Of a stretch of 64,000 nt of DNA, positions 1-12,500 are shown one piece after another. Source of the stretch: Podospora anserina. Taxonomy: Eukaryota. The number at the start of each line of letters is the position of its first letter. Within the stretch, counting starts at the first letter, position 1. The translations under genes were made by a program, and so were the position numbers. The notes beneath the pieces are model-generated. The model saw nothing but the letters and a program-made list of their open reading frames with translations. It had not been told where the DNA came from and did not search any database. The stretch lies in the NCBI GenBank assembly GCA_017654855.1, contig CM030335.1, positions 2,046,001 to 2,110,000 of the forward strand, written 5' to 3'.

Positions 1-640
1 CCGAAGAAGTCATGAAATCAGCAGCCGTCGGCCTTTTGGAAATCCTCCCCTTGGTCTTCAGCTCCTCTTTCGCCTTCCCATTCGCCTTCGCCTTCTCTAA
101 CTTAGGCTTAGAGCTAGCACGGAAGACATAGTCCCTGAATCTTTCCTCATCACTTTCGCCAAGCGCATTGTCGCTATCAATCTCGAAGTCGTCGTCAAAG
201 TTCTGATCGCGCTCGAGGTCGGCCATGGAGGGATCGTCAAACTCTTCTTCCTCTTCATCCTCTTCATCCTCTTCATCCTCTTCATCCTCTTCATCCTCTT
301 CATCATCATACTCATCACTACTCTGTTCTAGCGCCGCTCGACTCACCCGCGCGCCGCGGTATTCAGGGCCGAGCTTGATGCCTTCTTTCTCGCGGAGTTT
401 GCTCTTGCTATTCCATAACCACCGTCAGCATTTGCGCAGCCAAACACTCGCTTTCCAATTAACATACCCGACAGCAACATAGTGTTCCGTCCCCGCCAGC
501 TCATCCTCCGACTCGTCGCTCCCACTGCGCTCATCTTCGGATTGAGGCTCGTTCTCAATGTCGAAATCCCTTGCGATAACCTTCTCGTCGAACTGCGCGA
601 ACCGCTTCGAGGGCTTTACTTTCTTTGCTACTGGCGCCAT
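1..640 (-). CDS. BFR2: BFR2/AATF family ribosome biogenesis protein, 5' part (runs off the window start). Exon 1 640..468, intron 467..408
   Basis: ATG at 640. The spliced product ...EHYVAVG|KSKLREKEGIKLGPEYRGARVSR matches the Bfr2 N-terminus. GTATGT donor, TGCTGAC branch, TAG acceptor, followed by an acidic E/D tract. Confidence 0.8.
244..303. repeat. 9-bp tandem repeat (TCTTCATCC)n encoding the E/D-rich tract of BFR2
   Basis: Direct inspection. Confidence 0.85.
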
Positions 641-1027
641 TGTTTGCTGATTGGTAGGCACACTGCTTGCTACCTGGGAAAAAGTTGCAGCTTTTGGGGA
701 TCCTGAATCTGCAATGCGCAAGCAAAGCATCCACTTGCAAGTAAATTTTTGGTAGAGCGGATCGAGGATATTTTGGCGGTGGAAAAGGGCAGAATTTGCT
801 GCATGTAGGGGAGTGGGGTCACTATGTGGAGGTTACTGTGCACGCACTGGGAAGAGGTGCAGGGGTGAGAGCTCTTGGTCTGAGCATTTGGTTGATGTAG
901 GTAAATTCGTATGAGAACAACATGATGGGTATCACGACATAATTTTGGCGACTTATTATTTAAAATTCTTCAAAAATCATCAGTCGAACCCGCCATGATA
1001 ACGACATAACTTCCAAAACCTTTGACA

Positions 1028-2059
1028 ATGCCAACAAAACTCCCCCCTTCGACCCTGTTGGTCCCCAGGAGGTTCTTCTCATCAACCACGCCAAAACATA
1101 GCCATGAGAACCCTCTTGTAAGTCAACCCTCAAGCCAAACCACACCTCCCCCCTCTCTCTTCACCATCCCACTAACAAACTCCCAGGGCCTCCCCCAAAA
1201 AGGCACCATCCCCCGCTTCCAACGCGGCCTCCCAGCCAAACGCCCCATCCCCTCCGTCGCCCACATCATCGCCATCTCCTCCGCCAAAGGCGGCGTAGGC
1301 AAATCCACCATCGCAGCCAACCTCTCCCTCGCCTTCACCCGCCTAGGCCACCGCACCGGCCTCCTCGACACCGACCTCTTCGGCCCCTCCGTACCAACCC
1401 TCTTCTCCCTCAACTCCCCCCCGAACCTCACCCCCAAAAACCAGCTCATCCCCCTGACCAACTACGGCGTCAAGACAATGTCAATAGGGTACCTCATCGG
1501 CTCCGAATCCGCCCCCATCGTCTGGCGAGGACCCATGCTTCTAAAGGCTATACAACAACTCCTACACGACGTGGACTGGTCGCCTGGGTTGGATGTTTTA
1601 GTTCTTGACCTGCCGCCTGGGACGGGTGATGTTCAATTGTCGATCACGCAGCAGATACCACTATCGGGGGCGGTCATCGTCACGACGCCGCACACGCTGG
1701 CTGTCAAGGACGCTGTGAAGGGGGTGGAGATGTTTGAAAAGGTGGATGTACCTGTTTTGGGGTTGGTGCAGAATATGAGTTTGTTTACTTGTCCCTGTTG
1801 CAGCACAAAGACACCTGTGTTTGGGGGGACGGAGGGGGTGAAGAAGATGTGTGAGGATTATGGTATGGAGTTTTTGGGGGATGTACCGCTCCATCCTAAT
1901 ATCGGGGAGGATGCGAGCAGAGGGAAGCCGACGGTGGTGGCGGAGCCGGAGTCGGAGAGGGCGGGGGTGTTTATGGATGTTGCGAGAAGGTTGGGGGAGA
2001 AGATTGGGTTGGGAGGGGGACCAGGTGATGGGAGGAAAAGCGTGAGGGCGGGGGTGTAG
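1028..2059 (+). CDS. IND1: Mitochondrial Mrp/NBP35-family P-loop NTPase (IND1/NUBPL, complex I Fe-S assembly). In-frame intron 1118..1186
   Basis: AKGGVGKST Walker A, DTDLFGPS, WRGPM, DLPPGTGD and CPCC motifs; presequence-like N-terminus; GTAAGT...CTAAC...CAG intron. Confidence 0.9.
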   Translation: MPTKLPPSTLLVPRRFFSSTTPKHSHENPLVSQPSSQTTPPPSLFTIPLTNSQGLPQKGTIPRFQRGLPAKRPIPSVAHIIAISSAKGGVGKSTIAANLSLAFTRLGHRTGLLDTDLFGPSVPTLFSLNSPPNLTPKNQLIPLTNYGVKTMSIGYLIGSESAPIVWRGPMLLKAIQQLLHDVDWSPGLDVLVLDLPPGTGDVQLSITQQIPLSGAVIVTTPHTLAVKDAVKGVEMFEKVDVPVLGLVQNMSLFTCPCCSTKTPVFGGTEGVKKMCEDYGMEFLGDVPLHPNIGEDASRGKPTVVAEPESERAGVFMDVARRLGEKIGLGGGPGDGRKSVRAGV

Positions 2060-2625
2060 GATATGTGACTGGATGAGGGGTGTATAATATTGTATAAGTG
2101 ACTGATAAAGGAGACAGACGCTGTAAGATTGGTTGGTGTATGTGAGATGGTCATGTCCAGACCGAAAACCTCATCTATTCTACCAGGCAACTAAGAAACA
2201 GGCTCCTCAAACCTCAAAGATACGTACAGAGACACCTTTTGAGACTTGCGAGCAACTCTGTAAAAGGTAATCTAGGTATCACAAGATGGTGACACTGATC
2301 ACCTTATCCTTTTCCTTACTCTCATCTAACATTGGTTTTTTTTTTTAACGAGCAATCCAATATTCGGGGATGTGTTACATAAAACCCCAGTTTTATCCCA
2401 TCCCCTGTCAAACCATTTCCCCATATATATATATATATATCTTGGCAAAACACACTTAAATCTCACCAAAGTAAACACCAACCTTTCCACCGGCTTTTCT
2501 TCCACATTTCTCACGAACACCACAAACCTACTTTTCCGCAGCACTAATCCAGGAGATACTGTATGTTTTCCATTTCACCACTCCACCCCCCTCACTAACC
2601 TTTGTCAGTCCCCCCCCCCTCCTCA

Positions 2626-3036
2626 ATGACAACCCCCGTCCCTACTCCCCTCCTTAAACTCCCCCTCCTCCTCCACCTCCTGACCGAAACCCCCGCCTCC
2701 TTCTCCTTTTTGTTCTTCCCCCATTCCCAACTCCCCTCCGCATCCCCCCAAGCCCTCCTCATCCTCCAAAACTACGGCGGCCTCCTCCTCTCAACCAACC
2801 TAATCACCCTCATCTTCCTCCTCCGACCAAACTTCGACTCTTTGTCTGCGCTTGTGGCGCTGTCACTGGGGAGTTACCACATCTGGCCTATCTACCGGGC
2901 TTATGCCCGGCTCAACCTCGCACAAGGGAAGAGGGAAAACGAAGAGAAAGTCCTGGGGGGACCGGTGGTGCATTTTTGGGTTCATGTCTTTTGTCTAGTT
3001 TCGCTGGTCGGGAGTGGGGTTTTTGGGCTGGGGTGA
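2626..3036 (+). CDS. Small hydrophobic (3-4 TM) hypothetical protein; probable 5'UTR intron 2561..2608
   Basis: 136-codon ORF with several hydrophobic segments and the C-to-G skew shared by the genes here; GTATGT/CTAAC/CAG just upstream. Confidence 0.65.
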   Translation: MTTPVPTPLLKLPLLLHLLTETPASFSFLFFPHSQLPSASPQALLILQNYGGLLLSTNLITLIFLLRPNFDSLSALVALSLGSYHIWPIYRAYARLNLAQGKRENEEKVLGGPVVHFWVHVFCLVSLVGSGVFGLG

Positions 3037-4313
3037 GACATCAATGATACGGTGAAAGTGACTTGACAGGACGGGGTTCTTGGTTATGGATGAAAGATAG
3101 GTGATGGGGTTGAAAGGGTAGGCAAACAGGTCTTCAAAGATGGTTGGTAGACACGCTGTTTATTCAAAAAAAAAAAAAAAGGTGCAAGAAGACGGCACGT
3201 CACACACCTTTTACCGAGTCAAAGGTTTCCTTCTTATTCTACCCCAGGTAGAAAGACTGTCTCGTCGTGGGAAATGCAAAGTTGTGGTACGGCAGAGACA
3301 CACATGTTGTGCAACTTTAGCTTCCGAGATCAATGCCTCACCATCACAGACATCTAGGAAGATAAAATCATGACAGACACTGGCGCCGAGTGGTGTCACA
3401 ATACATCACCATAAACATCAGATACAAACCTCTCTATGCCCTACCAATCCCCTACCCAATAACAACAACACATCAAGCACCCGAGTACACAAACATCATA
3501 AAAATACAATCTTGTCCTATCTTCATACTTGACATAAGTTCCAGAACACTGACTTTTCCTTCTCATCCACCAAGAGCCAGTCCTCCACACCATCACCAGA
3601 GAACCGCACTGATACACACAGAGAGAAGAAACGACCGAGAGGGGGGTATTTGGTGATTGTGTGATGCCATTTTTGTCTTTGTCATCCGAGCCCATAACAG
3701 CTCCCGAAAAATTCCCAACCACCCCAGAAAAAACAACCGTAGAACGCCAGTCCCGAGAGTCGGTTGATGAGATAAAAACAAATAAAAAAAACACAATTAT
3801 CCCGTCCCCCCTGCCCCAAATCCTTGTTGTTGTTGTTGTTGTTGTTGATGTTGCTGGTGAGTGAGTAGTAGTGGTGATAGTCTGCAAAGATGGCCGCGCC
3901 ATTTTGCAAACATAAAAAAGAGAAAAAGGACAAAGAAATGTTCCTTCCTTCCCCTCCCTCCCATACTAAAAAAACTCCCACCAGCCAAATCATAAGCAAG
4001 TCTACCGCGAGTTACATGACCATAACGTATCAATGTCATAGCAAATGCCACGATAATCATCTCGTTAGCTGTGCGCCCTCGTTTCATAACCTCCCGAAAG
4101 AAAAATCCCTTCCGATGCCGAACCTCCTCGACCGGGCACGTTGGACGAGAAGAACATCATGTTGCGCTGCTAAAGCTGGTATCAAAAACTTTTCCCGACC
4201 CCCTTGCGCAAGATCGACCGAGAAGAACCGAAAGGAAACAGATAAGAAAGCGCATCCCCAAAGGAAAAAAGTCGGGCTTGCTGTGCGAATCATTCGTATT
4301 CGTGTCGCCGCAT

Positions 4314-6642
4314 CTAAGCCTTCTCCTCGGCCTTCTCCTCGGCCTTGGGCTCCTCACCCTTGACCTCGCCAGTGGCTTGAGTCTTGACGTACTCGTCATA
4401 GACGTTCATGGCCTCGCCGACCTTGGCGTTGAGAGCAGCCTCATCCTCGATGCTAGAGTCAAAAGGTTAGCACAGTGTTCTTCAATGACATAGAAACAAG
4501 CGGAAGAGCTTACAGGTTGATGAGCTCCTGGTTCTCCATCTCCAAGAGCATGCCGGTGATCTTGCCAGCAAGCTCGGGCTGGATGGCCTGGATCTTGGGG
4601 AAGAGGCTCTCGCCGAGGATCTGTTTCTGCTGGGCAGGAGACGCGGCAGCGGCGAGCTGGGTGTGGAGAACAGCGGCGATGTTCACATCGGCGGGACCAG
4701 CGGAGGGAGCACCGCCACGGCCGCCGGCAAAGCCACCGCGGTTGCCACCGGCACCACGGCCCATGCCGTTCTGGGATCTGCCGTTGGGAGGGAAGCCGGC
4801 GACGGGGCCACCGGGGATCTGAGGAGGCATGCCCTGCACGCCACGAGGGCCAGGACCGCCACGGCCACCTTGGATAGCAGCAGCCTGGATCTGCTGCATG
4901 GCAGCAAGGAACTGAGGGTTATTGGGCTGGGCAAAGTTGGGAGGGAAAGCACCCATGGGGTAGATGGGCATCTGCTGGGGAGGCATGCCGCCACGGCCGC
5001 CCTGCTGACCAGCATAGGGAGGGTACTGGCCGGGACGACCACCCTGGGGAGGGATGCCCATAGCTCCCTGAGCGAAGGGCATGCCACGGCCGCCGGCGGG
5101 GGGCATAAAGCCAGGCTGCTGACCGGGAGCATAGTAAACTGGCTGTTGCATAAACTGCTGAGGAATACCAGCCTGGGCGGCAGCCTGCTGCATGCGGAGC
5201 TGGTTGCGGGCCTGGATGCTGGCCTCGAGCTGGCTCTTGCGAACATCCTTGCGCTGAGCGAGAGCGACGTAGAGGGGCTTGTTGTCAATCATGCGTTGGT
5301 TCATCTCGGTGACGGCCTTGGTGGCATCGTCGGGGTTGCTGAAGCAGACGAAACCGAAGCCCTTGCTCTTGCCGAGCTTGCGCTTCTCCTTGGTCTCGGC
5401 CTTCTTCTCGGCTGTTTCGCCCTCCTTCTCCTCCTCGTCCTCCTTCTTGTTCTCCTTGTCCTTCTCATCCTCAGCGGCGGACTCAACTACGCTGTCGCGC
5501 ATGACCTTGGCCGAGGTGATGGGGCCGTACTCGGAGAACATCTGGCGGAGCTTGTCATCATCAACATCATCTCCGAGGTTCTTGATGTAGAGGTTGACGC
5601 CTTGGTATTTGTTAGCCTTCTCCTGGCGAGCAGCCTCATAAGACCTGCGGAGCTCCTCCTCGCGCTCGTGCTTCTTCTGGGCACGGCCGACATACAGCTC
5701 CTGACCACGGAAATCCTTGCCGTTGAGCTCCTCAACAGCCTTGGAAGCAGCTTCGTGAGTAGTGAAGTTGACAAAGCCAAAGCCACGGCTCTTGCCTTCG
5801 TCAGAGCGGGCAAGGGAGGAGGAGGTGACATCGCCGTACTTGGCGAAGAGCTCACGGAACTCCTCGTCGGTGACCTCGGCGGGGATGTTCTTGACGTAGA
5901 CGTTGGTGAAGTTGGCCTTCATCTCCTCAAACTTGCTCTGGCGATCCTTCTTGGGGATGTGGTAGCCGACATAGACCTTCTTCTCGTTGAGAAGCATGCC
6001 GTTGACGTGCTTGATGGCGTTGGCGGCAGCCTCGTCGGTCTCGTAGTGAACGAAACCGTAACCCTTGGAGTTGCCGTTCTCGTCCTGGGCGACCTTGCAG
6101 CTCAGGATGTTACCGAAAGCAGCGAAGGTGTCGTGAAGCGCCTTGTTGTCGATGGCGACATCAAGGTTCTTAATAAAGACGTTGCCCTGGCCAGTCTTGC
6201 GCAGAGCAGGGTCACGCTGAGACCACATGATGCGGCAGGGGCGGCCCTTGATGAGAGTGTAGTTGAGGTCCTCGAGGGCCTTCTCGCCGTCGGCAGTGGC
6301 ATTGTAGTTCACATAGGCATAGCCGAGAGAGCGACGAGTGACGGCGTCGCGGCAGACACGAATCGAGGCAACGGAGCCGATCTGGGAGAAGAGCTCGAAG
6401 AGCATGGCCTCAGTCACAGACGGGTCCAGCTCGCCGACGTAGAGGGAGGCCGAGGACTGGGGGTGAGGAGCGGCCGAGTTGGGGGTAGGGCCGGCGCCCT
6501 CCTGGTCCTCGTTCTGGAACTGGCCAGCAGCCACGTTGGTATCGATGGCGGGGGCATTGCGGTTCTCACCGCCGTTGAGGCTAGTGTTGCCGAGATCAGC
6601 GGCAAGCTGGTCGACAGCGCCAGGGGCAACGGGAGCGGCCAT
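4314..6642 (-). CDS. PAB1: Polyadenylate-binding protein (4 RRMs + MLLE/PABC). Intron 4513..4453; probable 5'UTR intron 6992..6657
   Basis: [37 protein letters not shown] motifs; KITGMLLE; last exon [19 protein letters not shown]...; stop at 4314. Confidence 0.97.
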
Positions 6643-8649
6643 TATGATAGCTGGGTCTAGAAGATGAGTGGACACGGTCAGTGATCTGTGGGAGCTGTGT
6701 CTTTGTGGAGAATTTGTTGTTCGCGTGTTGGGTGGTGGGGGTGCCAGCGGAGGGGTCGCTGGCGATGGTGGTGGTGGGTGGACGATCATCTCGAGGTTCC
6801 AAAATGTTCAAACGTGATGATGGATGGATAGAAGGGCAATGTGGTGGCTCTCGCACTTTGAAAGAAACAGAGGGCTTTTGTAGGTAACACTGCTGCCTGC
6901 AGTAAACTCTAACTCCAGCCCTCTGCTGTCTCAAGGTTCGAGGCAAAAGTGGGTGGGAAAGTTAGTCGTTTGTCCGCGAGTCTAAAACGTACCTGATGCT
7001 TGGAATGAGGTGTTCCTGCAAATAAGTTACCGTACGCGAAGTGTAGCGACGGTAGACAAAGATGGTTCCTTTCCTGCGGAGGTGGACGAGTAGGTCGCGA
7101 GAGAAGTCGGACGCGGTCGTCGGATGGTCGGCGGGGCGGCGGAAGAGGATGGGCTTTCTTTTTTTTCTTTTTTTTTCTGTCTGGTTTTGGGTCGTGGTGG
7201 TGTCGTAGGGGCTACTTTTATTGGTTTTTTCAATTTTTTTTTGGCTGTTTTATGGGAGGCTCAGAAAAGAAGTAGACAAGAACATACGTGGTGTCGTACT
7301 GGTCTCGCTCCTTTTTCTGGTGGTGTTGTGGAAAGAATCCAGAGATAAAGGTTTTTGATCGATTGATGAAGAAAGGGAAAAGAGGGCTTCGATGGCTCCT
7401 GCGGAGACAGATTTTTTCTGCCAATTCGGGGTCATGGTTTCTGCCCACAAACCGTAAATATCGCCCTAACCGAATGCCACCCCACTTTTACAGAGGCCAC
7501 TTTCACCTGCCAGCTATTCACCTGCCAACCTACCTTCACCTGCCAACAAAGACAGCAACTGACAGCCAGCCTGTCAACAATACTAAAGTGGCAACACAAT
7601 AGACAGCAGGCAACTCAATGACTGACTTAAGGTAGCCACTAAGCATCCTATGGCTCAGAAACGCTGGATGCGGTCTCTGAAGAGGATAGGATATGTATAT
7701 CTAAGGTATCCCTATATCGGGTCGCCGCACACCGCCGCTAGCGCAAAACTTCAAACTTCAAACTTCACTTCAAACTTTCTTTCCCGCAGAAGTGGCGGGG
7801 CTTGTCACCTTATCGTTATCAGTGGGGCTCTTCAATCAGCATTTCGTAGGTAGACGCCTCATCCCCCACCTTCCATTTTGATGGCTTGACAGCTCGGGAG
7901 CTTGTGCAGGGCAGTCTTGCGCAACTAGGTCATGCTGTGTCTGCAAAATAGAAGCTACAAGATACTGTGCGTCGTAGAAGTGTATTCCATTCCTTTGCCC
8001 GTGCATATCTAGGTAAGGTGTTAAAAATTCCGATCAGGGTTTTCAGGGTCCCGTCGCTGTTGCAGATGCACACTGCAGCAGCGCTCCTGCCCTCTGAGAA
8101 TGCAGCATGAGTAATCCAGGGTCTGCCGGGGGAGCAGCTAGGAAGCAGTGACATCAGCTCCGGCTTGGACCTCTCGCTCCGGCTTCACTCAACCCCGCTG
8201 CACTTGAGTAGGTACCTGAATCTTGATCATTTTCAAAGACCTCTGGGCTGCCCGAGGCTGAGACTCCCCTCCAGTTCCCACTGGTCGATCCTGCAGCCAC
8301 AGCCTACCTATTTAGTTATCTCCGGTCGGTGTAGCTTGGCGCTCAAGGACCGCCTCCTTGTGGTGCCTTAACGGCATTTCCAGGTCGGAGTGGGAACGTT
8401 CTCGAAGCTCTGGGGCGGCATCCCTCTTCACCAACACTACATACTTCTCGCTGCACCTGCCCTTACTTCGAGCTCCCAAGACGTGAGAAGCGGCATAGCA
8501 GTTATCTAATCTACTAATTTTCTCCAACAAACCAAACCCACCACGACTGTTGCCCGACATCTACCCCATCATCCCTCCTTTATGCTGAATAACCGATCGA
8601 TACACCCATCATTCCTTCGATCTCCCCGTCTCGGGCAACATCAACAACC

Positions 8650-11600
8650 ATGTTTTCTACCTTCACCGGTCAGTCGACCGGGAGACGTCGTAACGTCAAC
8701 CTCAGTGGAAACACAGCACATAATCCATGGGCCGCTCCGGCAACACTAGGTGCCTCCACCACCGTATCAAGAGCGGCAGCCGAACGCGAAAAGAGGCAGA
8801 GAGAAAAGGAGAAGCTCAGGGCTGCTGAGCGTATCCAGAGAGTATGGCGGGGCAGTCAGATTAGGCAACATCTCAGGGCCCAAGATCGCGCCGCCATCGA
8901 CGACCTGTACCACCATAACCAAAACGACCTCGAAAGGAGATCCGCCAAAGCACTTCCCCTACTGCTGAGGTCCTTCCAAAGTAAGAACCACAATGACCGT
9001 CGACGAATGGTGTGGCTCTGTCGCGATCTTTGCAACTCGAGCCTCCATTTGTTCCGGTCCCAGGGAGCGGAAGGATTTCAACTTGACAGGCTTGTTCGGA
9101 AGCTCACAGGCGCACTGCAGAAAGAATTAAATCTGGGCCCTGATATCCACGTTGTGCTCTCCGTACTTCTGGAAGTTATGGACCTTCGACCACAAGCTAT
9201 TGGGCATGTTCTCGATCAATATTACAGGGTGATGGCTAACTACTGCAACCTTGCCCCGAGCTTGCAGCAGCCGTTTACGCTGCTCAGCCAGGCGGTCACA
9301 AAACCCCTATCAGTGGGGACCTTCCCAGGTAAGAAGCTACACATTCTCTTGAGAACACGATTCTGATTGACTGACAATCGTCTAGAAGCATTCCTGAGCA
9401 AAGCCTATCATGCCTTTGCTTTTGACTTCTTGGCAACACCAGACTTGAACATGTTTGAGAACAACCTCTACCTATTTTGTGCCAATATCGACCTAGACCG
9501 CCTCTCGGATACGCTCGCCTCTGAGAAGTTTGAGGCCACACAATTAGACGTACCCAGAGCTAGATTGCTATGGCTTTTGGCGCACTTGATTGCACTTCAA
9601 GAGGCAAAGCAGCAGCAAAACGTACATGCCAGCTACCTCGGCGTCCTCTGCTCCCTTTTATCCGTTCTTTCAGACCAGATTCAGCTTGCAGCGGAACCGG
9701 TTGCCGATGCTGGGCTCGATGGTGAGGATGACGTGGCTCAGGGGACCCTGCCGGCGTATGTCTCGGGTAAGCTGGCCTTGCTGACAACGTCGAGGGCCAT
9801 TACTGGGCTGCTCGAGACTTCTGCTCCATTTTCCCTGGGCCACGAGTCAAGCTCACTCGGCGATGCTAGTCCCTATGCTGGCTATGTCCTGACATTGCTA
9901 TCCTGCTTCCCCAACGCGGGCGAAGAAATTCGCATGCGTCTGTTTTACTCGAATGTTCCGACAAGGACGGGTAGGGTGCCTGCGCTGGAATATTTGTGGC
10001 AGGTGATGAAGCGGACGGTGGTGTTTAGAAGCATCGCGTCCGAGTCGGAAGCCGCGTTGGGGATTCTCAAGTCGGCGCCGCAGACATCGAATCTGCATGG
10101 GGAAAATGACTCGTGGCATCAGCAGTGGAGGACGATTTTGCTGTTTTTGGAGCTTTATGTGTTTGTGCTCAAGGTGACGGATGATGCCGACTTCTTTGCG
10201 ATACTGGAGGGTGACAAGCCGGGGAATGGAACGGCTGGGGAGGATTTGCCGAGGACGAGGTCGAGCGGCTTGGACATGGAGAGTGTCAAGAAGCTGACGT
10301 TGTTTCTGAAGCACTTGGGGTTTGTGCTTTATTACAACATGGCTGAGTTGTTGGCTTCGTGGGCTTCGTCGAGGAATTTGAGGGGTCTGAGTAGGCCGTC
10401 GATGTTTGTGGTGACGGCGGGGGTGGGTTTGGATAAGGTGAGGGGGTTGGTCCTGGCGGCTATGAGGGGGTTGTACGAGCGTGATTCTCGGAGACCCTTT
10501 CTGCCCAAGGACCACTGGTTGATGACGGAGAAGTTTGATATGGCTGGGTTCAAGGAGGCGGTCGTGGTGGAGGCGGAGCGGCAGAGGGCGCTTGGGCATG
10601 CTGAGGGGGAGGAAGATGAGGGGATGGGTGTGGAGGAGGAGCATGAGCCAGAGGAACGGGATTGGCGGCATGGACCACATCGGACTGTGGGTCGACAAGC
10701 GCTGCTTGAGGCGCGACAGAAGCTAGCCGCGAGGGAACAGGCCCGGGCCAAGGTGGCACCGAAACTGGAGGTTCTGAAGAATCTTCCGTTTGTGGTTCCG
10801 TTTGACCAGCGGGTGATGATCTTTCGGCAGTTTATCACTCTTGACAAGCTGCGGAGGAGAAGTGGCCATGCGGACCCGGACAGCTGGCGCATGATGATGC
10901 TGGAGGCTGATCCCACCAGGAACTCGTTGGCGAGGCACCAAGCCCTGATCAGGCGAGGGAGCTTGTTCCGGGATGCGCAGGGAAGTCTGTACCCGCTGGA
11001 AGAGGCAATCAAGGAGCCGGTGCAGATTACTTTTCTGGATCAATGGGGGATGCAGGAGGCGGGGATTGACGGGGGCGGAGTGACGAAGGAGTTCTTGACA
11101 AGTGTGATTGCCGAGATGCTGTCCGACACCAGCTTGTTCGTCGCCAACAGCAAGAACGCATACTACCCAAACCCTCTGATAGTCGAGCAGTGGTTGGCTT
11201 TGGCGAGGAAGCGCGGTCTCAGCGAGTCCGAGACCAGGACCAAGTTGCTCAGACAATATGAATTCGCCGGACGGCTCATTGGAAAATGCATGTATGAGGG
11301 GATCCTCATCAATGTCGTTTTTGCCGGTTTCTTCCTGCTCAAGTGGACGACAGCGGATACCAAACAAGCCAGCCTGAATGATCTGAGAGAGCTGGACGAA
11401 GAGCTCTACCGGGGATTGCTGTTCTTGAAGAACAACGAAGACCAGGTGGACGACATGGGCTTGAACTTTGCCCTGGATGTCGACATTTCAACGCCAGAGG
11501 ATAAGCAGCCCAATATTGTCTCTCGACCGCTCTGCCCCAACGGCAATAACATTCCCGTCACGAAGGGGAACAGGTTAAAGTACATTGTCCAGCTGGCCAA

Positions 11601-12093
11601 GTACAAACTCGCCCTGCAACCTTTTGCGCAGACGCAGGCTTTCCTCAAGGGTCTCAAGATGGTGATTGAGCCGGGTTGGCTGAGCATGTTCAACCAGAAC
11701 GAGCTTCAGCGGCTGGTGGGCGGGGACAGCGGAGCGATCGATGTGGATGATTTGAGGAGGAACACGGTGTACAGTGGGCCTTACCAGATTGGGGACGACG
11801 GGCAGGAGCACGAGACGGTGAAGCTGTTTTGGGAGGTAATGGAGGAGTTTGGGGACGAGGAGAGGAGGGAGGTGCTGCAGTATGTGACGAGCACGCCGAG
11901 GGCGCCGCTGCTGGGGTTCAGCCAGCTTTTTCCGAGGTTCACGATTGGGTATGGGGGGCAGGATGAGGACAGGCTGCCGAGCGCGAGTACGTGTATCAAT
12001 TTGTTGAAGCTGCCGAGGTATAGTCGGAAGGGGGTGTTGAGGGAGAAGTTGTTGTATGCGGTGAAGAGTGGGGCGGGGTTTGATTTGAGTTGA
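8650..12093 (+). CDS. IQ-motif HECT E3 ubiquitin ligase (UBE3C/Hul5-like). Intron 9329..9385
   Basis: IQRVWRG IQ motif, EAGIDGGGVTKEF, RLPSASTCINLLKLP catalytic Cys, C-terminal GFDLS; two in-frame ORFs joined by a 57-nt GT-AG intron. Confidence 0.93.
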
Positions 12094-12500
12094 TTGAGTT
12101 GAGCGATGGGGAAGGAGGGGGGGCGGTTGGGAGAGGGGGGACTGGAAGCGGATATATTTAGAGGATTGTTAGAATATTGTGGGAATGGCATGAGGTTGTA
12201 TATGAGGATATCATGGAGGTTGCGTGAGCCCCTGAGTGACGGGACTTGATACTAGCTATGGGATGTGCCCCACCTTGCGCAGCGGTTGACAGGCTCCACC
12301 AATGACGACAGCGGGGTAGTCCCCTATTGACCCCACCTTTAGCTTCCGCTCGCCGCTTGCTGCTTGCATGTCTCAGCCCGACTTTTATTCCTTTCCTAGC
12401 TTGACATTTCAAACGAACATAACAAGACTTTTGTCGGGCGACTTGACACTCTGTTTTATTTAATATTTTGACAAAACTTTTCAACAACCGATGACAAAAA

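Noticed and set aside
3441-4363. Several 100-157 aa ORFs downstream of PAB1
   Set aside because: Low-complexity sequence with (GTT)n and A-tracts typical of 3'UTR/terminator regions
4663-6660. 665-aa ORF antisense to PAB1 (likewise 30056..32134 against SUP35, 52147..53007 against RPL8, 23286..24554 against the SNF2 gene)
   Set aside because: Shadow ORFs caused by codon bias of the real genes on the opposite strand; no recognisable motifs
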